Origin: Rhodospirillaceae bacterium
GTDB lineage: Bacteria > Pseudomonadota > Alphaproteobacteria > Thalassobaculales > Thalassobaculaceae
Direction of reading: 5' to 3'
Assembly (NCBI GenBank): GCA_002708305.1
Contig: PANE01000027.1
Coordinates: 24,244-88,243 of the forward strand
Length of the DNA stretch: 64,000 nt
The notes under the pieces are model-generated. The model searched no databases, was not told the DNA's origin, and saw only the letters and a program-made list of their open reading frames with translations. Below are positions 38,884 to 47,992 of this stretch, one piece after another. Every line of letters begins with the position of its first letter. Position 1 is the first letter of the stretch. A program made the position numbers and the translations under genes.

Positions 38884-39160
38884 CTCTCATTAGAAATAAC
38901 CTTAAAAATTTGGCAGCGAGAACTAATCCAACACACATGAAAAAACCAAAGATAGCATAGAAGCCAAACAACGACTGTATCTTAAAAACGATATGTTTAT
39001 GATAAAAAGCATCTGCTACAAATAGGGCAATGCAGATGATAAACAATCCATACAAAATGCCTTTGATGGTTGATTTTCTCTCTATCCAATACTCTTCGCG
39101 ATCATCAATTGGGATGTTTTCGTGGGCGGTCTTAACGTTGGATTTTTTTGGATTAATCAC
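38855..39160 (-). CDS. small two-helix membrane protein, function unknown
   Basis: 101-aa ORF with two hydrophobic segments. Sits between two antiporter-subunit genes and its 3' end overlaps the next gene. Confidence 0.45.
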   Translation of the reverse strand: MINPKKSNVKTAHENIPIDDREEYWIERKSTIKGILYGLFIICIALFVADAFYHKHIVFKIQSLFGFYAIFGFFMCVGLVLAAKFLRLFLMRDEDYYDSDR

Positions 39161-39169
39161 ATCAACACC

Positions 39170-40639
39170 TTAATTTACAATTGGTCGCAAGAGATCGATA
39201 ACTTCATCCGCAAAAAAGAAGAGGAAAAAACATCCAAGTGCAGTAATGCAAAGCGGTGTAACGCATAGGAGAGGGGCCTCACTGAGATTTTTTGATCCAG
39301 AGGGCTGTAATTGCTGCGGCAACGGTTTAAAGAATGCTCGCGCAACTACCGGGAGTAAATAGCCGACATTTAATAATGAACTAACCATATAGATTGCGAT
39401 AACCAGAAATAATTCAAGGTTTGCGGCGCCCAATGCCATATACCATTTACTCCAAACTCCAGCAAATGGCGGTAATCCGATTATGCTAAAAGCCCCAATT
39501 GCAAAAGCTATGAATGTAAACGGCATCAGTCGTCCCAAACCATCCATATCGCTAATCTCGGTTTTGCGTGTAGCCACATAAATGGCCCCTGCACACATGA
39601 AAAGCGTAATTTTTCCTAGAGCATGTGTAGCTATATGAAGGCCTGCTCCTAAAATACTTAACTTGGTGGCCAGTGCTGCAGCCAATACTATGTATGATAG
39701 CTGGCTGACTGTAGAATATGCTAGCCGGGCTTTTAAATTATCTTTGCTAAGAGCAATTAAAGAAGAAACTAGAAGCGTAAATGATGCTACCCAAATTAAC
39801 CATGTGGACGCGCCAGTGGCGCTCAAAAAATCAATGCCAAAAATATACACAATAACTTTTAAAACGGTAAAAACACCGGCCTTGACAACGGCAACAGCGT
39901 GAAGCAATGCACTCACAGGGGTAGGGGCGACCATGGCCGCGGGTAACCAACTATGGAATGGCATTAGGGCTGCTTTTCCTATCCCAAACATATATAGAGC
40001 TAATAAAAACGGTAAAATAGTTGGCTCAATTTTACCGTTCAAAATACCACCCGGTGTAAAGTCCAGCGTGCCAGTCAAAAACCAGGTCCATATAATGGCA
40101 ATTAGTTGGAATCCGATTGAAGTACCAATGAGAAGTCCCAGATAACGTCGTCCACCAGCCTTCGCTTCCGGTGTTCCTTTATGGGTAACAAGCGGGTAAG
40201 TCGATAATGTTAAAATTTCATAAAAGATAAAAAGCGTAAACATATTGCCAGCAAAGGCAATTCCCATGGAACTTGAAATTGCTATTGCGAAACAAATATA
40301 AAATCGGGTTTGGTTCTCTTCCTGGTTACCCCGCATGTAACCTATTGAATATAGTGAATTGATGATCCATAACCCGGATGCAATGGTAGCAAATAGCATT
40401 CCTAACGGCTCGATATTGAACGCGATCATGAGGTTCGGTATCACTTCAAATAATTTAAAAGTCGCGTTTTGGCCATTTGATATTTGGTGCAGGAGAAAAC
40501 ATATAAAGGCGAATAAGATCGTAGCTGAAAGCAGGGTTATTGTTTCTCTTAAATTGGGTGTATTTGTGCTTAAGGAAATACCAATTACGGCTATTAATGG
40601 GGTAACTAGAGCAAGGGCAATAACTATTTCGGTACTCAT
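39170..40639 (-). CDS. antiporter-like subunit (MrpD/NuoM-N family)
   Basis: 489 aa, polytopic. LPAAMVAPTPVSALLHAVAVVKAG, AYSTVSQLSYI and HALGKITLFMCAG are typical of Proton_antipo_M. Confidence 0.85.
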   Translation of the reverse strand: MSTEIVIALALVTPLIAVIGISLSTNTPNLRETITLLSATILFAFICFLLHQISNGQNATFKLFEVIPNLMIAFNIEPLGMLFATIASGLWIINSLYSIGYMRGNQEENQTRFYICFAIAISSSMGIAFAGNMFTLFIFYEILTLSTYPLVTHKGTPEAKAGGRRYLGLLIGTSIGFQLIAIIWTWFLTGTLDFTPGGILNGKIEPTILPFLLALYMFGIGKAALMPFHSWLPAAMVAPTPVSALLHAVAVVKAGVFTVLKVIVYIFGIDFLSATGASTWLIWVASFTLLVSSLIALSKDNLKARLAYSTVSQLSYIVLAAALATKLSILGAGLHIATHALGKITLFMCAGAIYVATRKTEISDMDGLGRLMPFTFIAFAIGAFSIIGLPPFAGVWSKWYMALGAANLELFLVIAIYMVSSLLNVGYLLPVVARAFFKPLPQQLQPSGSKNLSEAPLLCVTPLCITALGCFFLFFFADEVIDLLRPIVN

Positions 40640-42138
40640 GGACTGTTACCCAAGAGAATAGTTGCCGCTTCTTTAGCGATCCTAATAGTAATCTCAGTTT
40701 GTATACCAAAGTAGAAGTTGCATCCTACAAGGACCCAAAGCGGTATAAGTAATTCCAGTGGCACCTCTTTAACCGGCGCTCTATCCTGTGGTGCTTGAAA
40801 AAAATATGCCGCTTCTATGATTTTCCACATATAAACCACCGCTAACAGTGATCCTATTACTATCAATGGAATTATGGGCCACCACCCGTTTTCCATAATA
40901 CCCAATAATAAATACCATTTACTTATAAAGCCAACGGTTGTGGGAATGCCTATAAGGCTCAAACCAGCTAGTACGAGGGCGGCGAAAGTCCATGGCATTT
41001 CCTTACCTAGTCCACGGATAGTATAAGTGGTTAATTTTCCTACGCGGAAGACCAAGCATCCTGCTGCCATAAAAATTGCACCTTTAATTAGCGCATGATT
41101 AAAAATATGCAAGACAGCCGCAGTTAAGCCAATCGTATTAGAAAGCGCTATACCCATGACGATATATCCAATTTGAGCGACGCTTGAATAGGCAAATAGG
41201 CGTTTAATATTTGTCTGATAAATGGCGCCAACAGAACCAAAGAAAATCGCAGTAATCGCTAAAGGTAAAAAGATAAAAGTTAGAGTTAATGGAATGAAAT
41301 CAAAGGAAAACCCGAAGACTTTGAACAAAAAACGCAAAAGAACATAAATTGATACCTTGGTTGCTGTCGCGGCTAAAAAAATACTGATCAGAGAAGGGGC
41401 ATAGGTATAGGAGTTAGGTAACCAAACATGCATTGGAAATAACGCCACTTTTAATGCTAGACCAATAATTATAAATGCATAGCCAGCGTGCACCGCTTTA
41501 TTATCGGCCAAATGTGTCAGCCGATCGGACAAATCCATAATATTTAAGGTGCCGGTAACCATGTAGAGAAAACCTAGGCCGATGACAAAAAATGTGGCGC
41601 CTACCGTGCCAAGGATTAAATAATTATATGCTGCTGTTAATGCTCGTCTGTCGCTTCGAACGCCCATAGCGATGAGAACGTATGAGGAAAGCGATGAAAT
41701 CTCTAGAAACACAAAAATATTGAAAGCATCCCCAGTTATCGTCACACCTAAAAGCCCCGTCAAGCAGAGCAAATAGGTGGTATAGAAAAGAATTTGGCGA
41801 TCTGGCTCTATCTCTTTATCGACTACTAAACGGCCAAAAGGAATAGCTATCGCGCTTATACCTGATACTATCAATAGTACAAAAGCGTTAATGAGGTCTA
41901 TTCTATATTCTATCCCGAGTGGTGGCTCCCAGCTTCCTAAATGATAGCTTATTATCCCATTTTCCAACACGTGATTTAATAAATAAATAGAACACAAAAA
42001 TGCAAACCAACTCACCAATAAGGTCCAAAACCAGGCAGCCTTTCGGTTAGCCCCAAAGGTGAATAGAATGCAAATTGGTGCACTTATAAGTGGAACCGCA
42101 ACTATGAGTATGGGGATATGGTGCAGCCAGTTTGTCAT
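40636..42138 (-). CDS. antiporter-like subunit (MrpD/NuoM-N family)
   Basis: 500 aa, polytopic. WLPNSYTYAPSLISIFLAATATKV, AYSSVAQIGYIVMG and HALIKGAIFMAAG. Has 4-nt overlaps with both neighbours. Confidence 0.85.
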   Translation of the reverse strand: MTNWLHHIPILIVAVPLISAPICILFTFGANRKAAWFWTLLVSWFAFLCSIYLLNHVLENGIISYHLGSWEPPLGIEYRIDLINAFVLLIVSGISAIAIPFGRLVVDKEIEPDRQILFYTTYLLCLTGLLGVTITGDAFNIFVFLEISSLSSYVLIAMGVRSDRRALTAAYNYLILGTVGATFFVIGLGFLYMVTGTLNIMDLSDRLTHLADNKAVHAGYAFIIIGLALKVALFPMHVWLPNSYTYAPSLISIFLAATATKVSIYVLLRFLFKVFGFSFDFIPLTLTFIFLPLAITAIFFGSVGAIYQTNIKRLFAYSSVAQIGYIVMGIALSNTIGLTAAVLHIFNHALIKGAIFMAAGCLVFRVGKLTTYTIRGLGKEMPWTFAALVLAGLSLIGIPTTVGFISKWYLLLGIMENGWWPIIPLIVIGSLLAVVYMWKIIEAAYFFQAPQDRAPVKEVPLELLIPLWVLVGCNFYFGIQTEITIRIAKEAATILLGNSP

Positions 42139-42533
42139 GGTTGAATTTTATTTAGTTCCATTTCAGTTTGATGGCCCTCAGATACGAGAATATCTTCTTC
42201 CTCAATAGTTCCATAACTTTCTCTAATGCGAACGACTAGTGCCAAACCGAGTGCTGTGGTTGATATTCCGACAACAATTGCAGTCAGTATTAGGACATGA
42301 GGAAGGGGATTTGAAAAGATTTCAGATTTTCCTGTTAGAATTGGCGCGGTTCCGTCATTAACTTTGCCAATGGTAATATATAAAAGAAATACTGATGTTT
42401 GGAAAATATTGAGGCCTACTATTTTTTTAATTAAATTACCCCGGGAAACAACGATATATAACCCTGTCATCATCAAAAATATTATGAGCCAATAATTATA
42501 ATGATTGAAGATTGCTTCCAACATTCTCACCAA
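42135..42533 (-). CDS. mrpC: MrpC/MnhC (NuoK-like) subunit
   Basis: 132 aa with three hydrophobic helices and a NuoK-like segment (GLNIFQTSVFLLYI). Position follows MrpB. Confidence 0.8.
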   Translation of the reverse strand: MVRMLEAIFNHYNYWLIIFLMMTGLYIVVSRGNLIKKIVGLNIFQTSVFLLYITIGKVNDGTAPILTGKSEIFSNPLPHVLILTAIVVGISTTALGLALVVRIRESYGTIEEEDILVSEGHQTEMELNKIQP

Positions 42534-42964
42534 TCCTCGTCATCGATAGCACGCGTTCTGCCGGCGTATGCCCTAAAAATACTAATCATTACCGCGGCCA
42601 CGGTTATTCCGACACCCAGCTCAACAATAAAAATACCAATATGTTGTCCCGCTTTTGGAGAGTTCAAGAGAACATTATAATCCAGGAAATTACCTTCTAG
42701 AAATAATCCATAAAAACCTGTAACTGCATATAAAATAAGCCCTAATGGGACTAAAACTATCAGGGCTTTATCAGGTACAACTTTTCGGGCTTGATCATCC
42801 CCAAACACTAAGGCGTAAAGGATAAACGCCGCGGCAAAAATCACGCCTGCTTGAAATCCGCCTCCAGGCCCAAAATCTCCATGGAATTGAACATAAAGTC
42901 CAAAAAGAAGTATGAAAGGTATCAACATCTTAGCAATTACTCTTAAAACTAAATGGTGCCTCAT
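42527..42964 (-). CDS. mrpB: MrpB/MnhB subunit
   Basis: 145 aa. FHGDFGPGGGFQAGVIFAAAFIL is the MnhB-domain hallmark. Confidence 0.8.
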   Translation of the reverse strand: MRHHLVLRVIAKMLIPFILLFGLYVQFHGDFGPGGGFQAGVIFAAAFILYALVFGDDQARKVVPDKALIVLVPLGLILYAVTGFYGLFLEGNFLDYNVLLNSPKAGQHIGIFIVELGVGITVAAVMISIFRAYAGRTRAIDDEDW

Positions 42965-43581
42965 TCTGCCTCGCCATCAATCTTTAGTTTGCCTTCATCT
43001 ACAAGAGGGTAAGCAGCGACATCCTCAGAATAACCATGTTCGTCTTCCCGTCTTCGTCCAAGAAGAATGATCACGCCCATCCCTGCAGTAAATATTACGG
43101 CTACCTCTCCCAACGTATCGAAGGACCTATAGCTTGCAAGTATTGACGTAACAATATTTGGTATCCCAATCTCGTCTTGAGACCCTTTAATATAAGAGGG
43201 GATAATGTGCTGATGACTTGGAGCATTAGGGTCTCCAAATTTGGGCATATCAGGGGTTGCATAAATAAGTGCTGCCCCGGTTATGATAATAATAAGTAGC
43301 CCTATGGGAGATAGGCGAGGAGGCCTAGACTCTCTTCTGCGTGTTAATGCTAAGGTCCCCAACATAAGTACTGTAGATATACCAGCTCCCACAGCAGCTT
43401 CGGTGAAAGCGACGTCGACTGCATCCAAAGTAACAAGTAAACCAGCTGATAATAAACTAAATGCTCCAGTCAAAGCTACTACGGCAAATAAATGACGCAT
43501 CATTAATATTGCCACTGCCGTGATGGATAAAAGTGCAAGTAAAACAATGTCTACGATGGTAATTATGTCTGGCATCGGCAT
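42961..43581 (-). CDS. MbhD/DUF4040 plus MnhB-like protein (MrpA C-terminal-region equivalent)
   Basis: 206 aa. The N-terminal half (DAVDVAFTEAAVGAGISTVL) is MbhD/DUF4040-like. The C-terminal half (NIVTSILASYRSFDTLGEVAV) is the MnhB-type motif. Confidence 0.75.
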   Translation of the reverse strand: MPMPDIITIVDIVLLALLSITAVAILMMRHLFAVVALTGAFSLLSAGLLVTLDAVDVAFTEAAVGAGISTVLMLGTLALTRRRESRPPRLSPIGLLIIIITGAALIYATPDMPKFGDPNAPSHQHIIPSYIKGSQDEIGIPNIVTSILASYRSFDTLGEVAVIFTAGMGVIILLGRRREDEHGYSEDVAAYPLVDEGKLKIDGEAE

Positions 43582-43583
43582 CT

Positions 43584-43922
43584 TTAGGTGTTTTCATTTG
43601 AAGTGAGAATATCTTTAGATCCTGACATTGGGCGAAGCCCCATAACTCGTGCAGCATTTGCGACTGCATGGGTAGATGTAGGGCTAGTAAAGAAAATGAA
43701 TAAAGAGATTAACATGAGTTTTAGGGTAACGAGGCTTAAACCTGCTTGTAGCATCATTCCTAGTAACAATAATTCTGCACCAAGTGTATCTGTGACACCG
43801 GCAGCATGCATTCGGGTATAAAAGTCAGGAAGACGAACAAGACCTAAAGCTCCAATTAATATGAATATGGAGCCTGCACCAATTAAAGTGGCTGATGCGC
43901 TGTTAATAATAACGTCAATCAT
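43584..43922 (-). CDS. mrpG: MrpG/MnhG subunit
   Basis: 112 aa. GALGLVRLPDFYTRMHAAGVTDTLG is the MnhG hallmark. Confidence 0.85.
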   Translation of the reverse strand: MIDVIINSASATLIGAGSIFILIGALGLVRLPDFYTRMHAAGVTDTLGAELLLLGMMLQAGLSLVTLKLMLISLFIFFTSPTSTHAVANAARVMGLRPMSGSKDILTSNENT

Positions 43923-44212
43923 TGAGTATCTTCCCTGCTTGCGATTTCGTCGCTAGATAAACCAAGGTTCCGGTATCGAAAGAATTTTAAAATCGCAATT
44001 GTCCCTACGAAATTAACAAGCGCGTAGAGTAGAGCTATATCCAGAAAGTCCGGTCTTCCAGTTAAAAAACCCAGCAGTCCAATTAGTAAAACAATTTTTG
44101 TTCCAAAACTGTTCGCACTTAGAACTCGATCGAACAAGCTAGGGCCAGCGATGGCTCGAAATAATGTCAATACCATAGCGATTAGCAGAGCAGTTGTAGC
44201 AGCGATCAACAC
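43919..44212 (-). CDS. mrpF: MrpF/PhaF subunit
   Basis: 97 aa. GPSLFDRVLSANSFGTKIVLLI is typical of MrpF. Confidence 0.8.
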   Translation of the reverse strand: MLIAATTALLIAMVLTLFRAIAGPSLFDRVLSANSFGTKIVLLIGLLGFLTGRPDFLDIALLYALVNFVGTIAILKFFRYRNLGLSSDEIASREDTQ

Positions 44213-44213
44213 C

Positions 44214-44687
44214 TTATAAAACCTCTAACGCTGTAACTCTTGAGTCCATTTCTCCGTTTAAAACTCCCCTAGCAAGTTCTGCGTTAAGTGCGTGAACGAT
44301 TATTTTATCATCCTCTATATCCACTGAAACCGTGCCAGGTGTTAGCGTAATAGAATTTGTAAATATAACGAGGCCTAGTTCTGTCTTTTGTGACGATTTG
44401 AACTCTATCATCCGAGGGGAGATATTCAGTCTAGGGGACAGTACGACTTTGGCGACGGCGATATTAGAATTAAAAATTTCTTTTCCAAGCCAAATCCAGT
44501 AACCGAGATATCTCCATTTCATGGAAAACTGAAATGTGTCTTTATCAAAAAGGTCCATTCTTCTCGTGAGGTACAAAACAAAAAGAACGGAGATACCTCC
44601 TAGTGAAAGTAAAAGTGGAGTGTAATGGCCGGACATCAAAAGCCAAAAACAGGTGAGACTAATACCCAGTCCAATAATATTAAACAT
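44214..44687 (-). CDS. mrpE: MrpE/MnhE subunit
   Basis: 157 aa. NSITLTPGTVSVD is the MnhE hallmark. First gene of the cluster. Confidence 0.85.
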   Translation of the reverse strand: MFNIIGLGISLTCFWLLMSGHYTPLLLSLGGISVLFVLYLTRRMDLFDKDTFQFSMKWRYLGYWIWLGKEIFNSNIAVAKVVLSPRLNISPRMIEFKSSQKTELGLVIFTNSITLTPGTVSVDIEDDKIIVHALNAELARGVLNGEMDSRVTALEVL

Positions 44688-44844
44688 CGCTTTCCACTTT
44701 AGTAATTCGCAACTCCGATAGCATTATGACTATTGGGTCTGAAAAATCTAGATGTCATCAATCCTTCTTTGTATTAAAATAAATATTCTAGTTTTAAAGT
44801 GATAACAAATATGACACACAACTTAATAACATATGAGGTTTTAT

Positions 44845-45750
44845 ATGACATGGTTCACACATCCGGATGGTCCTCTTTCTCCAGGAGAAAAATTGGAAAA
44901 ATTGTATTCCGGAGCCGATATCGTTCGCGTTCCTGGTACGCACAATGCTTTAGCGGCACTTTTAGCCAAGGAAGCGGGTTTTGAAGCATTATATTTATCG
45001 GGTGGGGCGTTATCATCTAGTCTTGGGTTGCCTGACCTAGGGGTGATGACTATGGAAGAGCTTCTTCTTTTTGTTCGCGTGATATGCAGATCATCGAAGC
45101 TTCCGCTTATTGTCGACGGTGATACCGGGTATGGAGAGGCTTTAAACGTTATGCGGTTAGTCCAGGATTTGGAACAAGCTGGGGCTGCAGCTGTTCAAAT
45201 TGAAGATCAAATTCTCCCAAAAAAATGTGGGCACTTATCTGATAAGTTATTAAATACACCCGAAGCTATGGCCAGAAAAATATCTGCCGCAAGAAAGGCA
45301 CGGAAGCATCTGCGTATTATTGCAAGAACCGATGCGGCAGCTTCGGAGGGCTTTGATTCAGCTTTGGAACGCGCAAAGCTATATGTTGACGCAGGAGCGG
45401 ACATTATTTTTCCCGAGGCGTTAACCAACAAAGACCAGATGAGAAAATTTAACGATGCGATAGGTGTGCCAACGCTGGCAAATATGACTGAGTTTGGTCG
45501 TACCCCTTATATTACCGGTGAAGAGTTTAGAAATCTTGGTTTTAGTATTGTCATTTGGCCTGTTACCTCATTACGTTGCGAAGCTCTGGCCATGCAAGAA
45601 TTATACTCGCATCTTTATCAACGCGATGGACAAGAAGGCTATCTGAATAAATTAATGAAGCGTGAAGAAATATATAAAAGCATAGGGTACCATGATTATG
45701 AGGCTCTTGATCACACTATTTCCAAGAGTGTGGTGCCAGGGATCAAATAA
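44845..45750 (+). CDS. isocitrate lyase/PEP mutase superfamily enzyme (methylisocitrate lyase-like)
   Basis: GTHNALAALLA, DGDTGYG and IEDQILPKKCGH (K-K-C-G-H lyase motif). The ATG at 44845 has a GAGG 6 nt upstream. The ORF track starts at 44833. Confidence 0.8.
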   Translation: MTWFTHPDGPLSPGEKLEKLYSGADIVRVPGTHNALAALLAKEAGFEALYLSGGALSSSLGLPDLGVMTMEELLLFVRVICRSSKLPLIVDGDTGYGEALNVMRLVQDLEQAGAAAVQIEDQILPKKCGHLSDKLLNTPEAMARKISAARKARKHLRIIARTDAAASEGFDSALERAKLYVDAGADIIFPEALTNKDQMRKFNDAIGVPTLANMTEFGRTPYITGEEFRNLGFSIVIWPVTSLRCEALAMQELYSHLYQRDGQEGYLNKLMKREEIYKSIGYHDYEALDHTISKSVVPGIK

Positions 45751-46249
45751 TACCTAATTGTGCCTCTACAAGTTTTAAGGCAGCATTAATGGTAGCTGAG
45801 CGGATTTCGCCTCTGTCGCCCAAAAAATTATATTTTTGGTGCATCGTTTGATAGTTGCGTAAAGCACATGATAGGTGAACTAAGCCCAATGGTTTTAGGG
45901 GCGTTCCTCCGTCTGGGCCAGCTACGCCGGTGCATGCTATTGCTATATCGGCCTTTGATATTAGCAATGCGCCTTCTGCCATTGATCGAGCAACTTCCTC
46001 GCTTACAGCCCCATGTTGCTCGATTTCTTCTAATTTAACTAATAAAATAGAGTTTTTTAAGTTATTTGAATAAGTTACGAAGCCCCCTTCAACAACCCTA
46101 GATGAGCCTGGAACTTCAGTTAAACATCCGGCTATTAGACCTCCTGTGCAGCTCTCGGCGGTCACAATTTTGATGTTCTTTTGATTACACAAATTCAAAA
46201 TATTAAATACGTTATTTTTCACTTCTTGAGAAAACACTGCACTGTCCAT
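45743..46249 (-). CDS. pncC: CinA C-terminal-domain protein / nicotinamide-nucleotide amidohydrolase
   Basis: 168 aa. TAESCTGGLIAGCLTEVPGSS and GVAGPDGG are hallmarks of the family. Confidence 0.85.
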   Translation of the reverse strand: MDSAVFSQEVKNNVFNILNLCNQKNIKIVTAESCTGGLIAGCLTEVPGSSRVVEGGFVTYSNNLKNSILLVKLEEIEQHGAVSEEVARSMAEGALLISKADIAIACTGVAGPDGGTPLKPLGLVHLSCALRNYQTMHQKYNFLGDRGEIRSATINAALKLVEAQLGII

Positions 46250-46267
46250 TGTATATATTAAAGAAAA

Positions 46268-46750
46268 TTAGAATACATTCAAAACTTCAATTGTTAAAGC
46301 CATTACGATGGATGCTTGGACTGCTGCAACAACATCGTCAAGCATTACACCTAATCCGCCTTTGACATTTTGATCGAACCATTTTGTAGGCCATGGTTTA
46401 AAGATATCGAAGAACCGAAAGTAGACAAATGCGATTGCATATAACATTGGATCTATGGGGGTAAACAAAATAACCAGGCTTTGCCCCAAACATTCATCAA
46501 TCACACAGTCCCCTGAGTCATGGGTTTTGGTGAGCGCTGAATAAAAACTACAAGCCCACACACCAACAAAGAAAATTATAAAGCAGAAAACTGCTAAACC
46601 TAGTGGGCCATATAAACTAATAATAAAAAAACTTAAGGGCAGCGTTATCAATGATGCCCAAGTTCCGGGTGCCTTTGGCAACCAGCCTATTCCTCCTAAA
46701 GTTGCAAGGAATACTGCTGGATTTTTCAGGGACAGTTGCGCATTAAACAT
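46268..46750 (-). CDS. pgpA: phosphatidylglycerophosphatase A
   Basis: 160 aa. GGIGWLPKAPGTWASL, IDECLG, FDIFKPWP and GGLGVMLDDVVAA match PgpA. Confidence 0.85.
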   Translation of the reverse strand: MFNAQLSLKNPAVFLATLGGIGWLPKAPGTWASLITLPLSFFIISLYGPLGLAVFCFIIFFVGVWACSFYSALTKTHDSGDCVIDECLGQSLVILFTPIDPMLYAIAFVYFRFFDIFKPWPTKWFDQNVKGGLGVMLDDVVAAVQASIVMALTIEVLNVF

Positions 46751-46751
46751 C

Positions 46752-47957
46752 TCAATAGGGTAACCGAATTGTCACTATCGCTTGGGTGGCAATACCCTCT
46801 TTCCGCCCGATAGCTCCAAGGCCCTCAGTTGTTGTCGCTTTGATACTTATATTTTTCAATGGGGTTTGAAGTATTTCTGAGAGGTTTTGCCGCATCTTAA
46901 ATTTGTATGGTTTTATTTTTGGTAGTTCACATATTATTGTCACATCTAAATTTACAATTTCACCGGTTTTTGTCGACAATAATTCGACAGCCTTCTGTAG
47001 GAATATCTCTGAAGATACATTCTTCCATTGTTCCTCTGTTGGGGGAAAATGATCTCCAATATCACCTTCGGCCATTGCACCCAGTAATGCATCGGTGATT
47101 GCATGGAAACTGACATCCGCATCCGAATGGCCAATAAGAGCAGAATTATGGGGTAATTCTATGCCACACAAAATTACATTGTTTCCAAGGCCTAGCTTGT
47201 GAACGTCAAACCCAATTCCTGTTCGGTACTCATAATTGGAAGCAATATATTTACCGGCTTTTTCTAAATCACAACTATAAGTTATTTTGAATAAAGCATC
47301 GCTTCCATCTACTGTCGCCAAAGTATTCCCATTACCTTCAAATAAAGCAGCATCATCAGTAAGAGATACTTGATTGTGATCTCGGTGAGCTTTTAGGATC
47401 GCTCTATATCTAAACCCTTGAGGGGTCTGGGTTCTTAAGTGATCAGTTCTATCAACAGATTCTATTATTCTTCCATTTTTAGCCCTTTTAAGACTGTCAT
47501 TTATTTGTAAAACAGGGATCACGCATACTTCGGTTTCTAACCGCACAAGAATATCACTGATAACTCTTGCTGGAAGAAAAGGGCGAGCGCCATCGTGAAT
47601 AAGGACGCTGTCAGGATTATAGTCAGATAACGACTCCAATCCTAAACGTACAGATTCTTGCCGATTTTCCCCACCAAATACAAACGTGACATTTTTCAAA
47701 TGGCCACAACACTCTTTGAAAAGCGGCTCGTCGGTTTTTGAGATAACTACAACAACTCCCGTGATGTGCGGGTGACTTAAAAATGGTTTTATGGCGCGTG
47801 ATAAAACTGACTCCCCACCGACCAAATGATATTGCTTTGGTCTTTGTCCGCCAACCCTAGTTCCGGCCCCCGCTGCTACTATTAACCCAAATGCAGTTTT
47901 CTGCTTTAATCGTATCATAGTTTTAAGTATTTGCTTATAAGGTTTAATTGTGATCAA
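46752..47957 (-). CDS. ispDF: bifunctional MEP cytidylyltransferase / MEcPP synthase IspDF
   Basis: IspD segment IVAAGAGTRVGG and IspF segment GIGFDVHKL..GHSDADV. The true start may be the internal Met at 47918 (MIRLKQK..). Confidence 0.9.
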   Translation of the reverse strand: MITIKPYKQILKTMIRLKQKTAFGLIVAAGAGTRVGGQRPKQYHLVGGESVLSRAIKPFLSHPHITGVVVVISKTDEPLFKECCGHLKNVTFVFGGENRQESVRLGLESLSDYNPDSVLIHDGARPFLPARVISDILVRLETEVCVIPVLQINDSLKRAKNGRIIESVDRTDHLRTQTPQGFRYRAILKAHRDHNQVSLTDDAALFEGNGNTLATVDGSDALFKITYSCDLEKAGKYIASNYEYRTGIGFDVHKLGLGNNVILCGIELPHNSALIGHSDADVSFHAITDALLGAMAEGDIGDHFPPTEEQWKNVSSEIFLQKAVELLSTKTGEIVNLDVTIICELPKIKPYKFKMRQNLSEILQTPLKNISIKATTTEGLGAIGRKEGIATQAIVTIRLPY

Positions 47958-47992
47958 TTTTCTTTTCCCTATGATATATTAGTGTAAAGCTT

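Noticed and set aside
44845-45750. An ICL/PEP-mutase-superfamily gene, considered as a possible PEP mutase (phosphonate biosynthesis) given the phn genes in the window.
   Set aside because: The active-site loop reads EDQILPKKCGH, the lyase-type K-(K/R)-C-G-H motif, rather than the EDK..NS signature of PEP mutases. The gene is 40 kb from the phn genes and has no phosphonopyruvate decarboxylase next to it.
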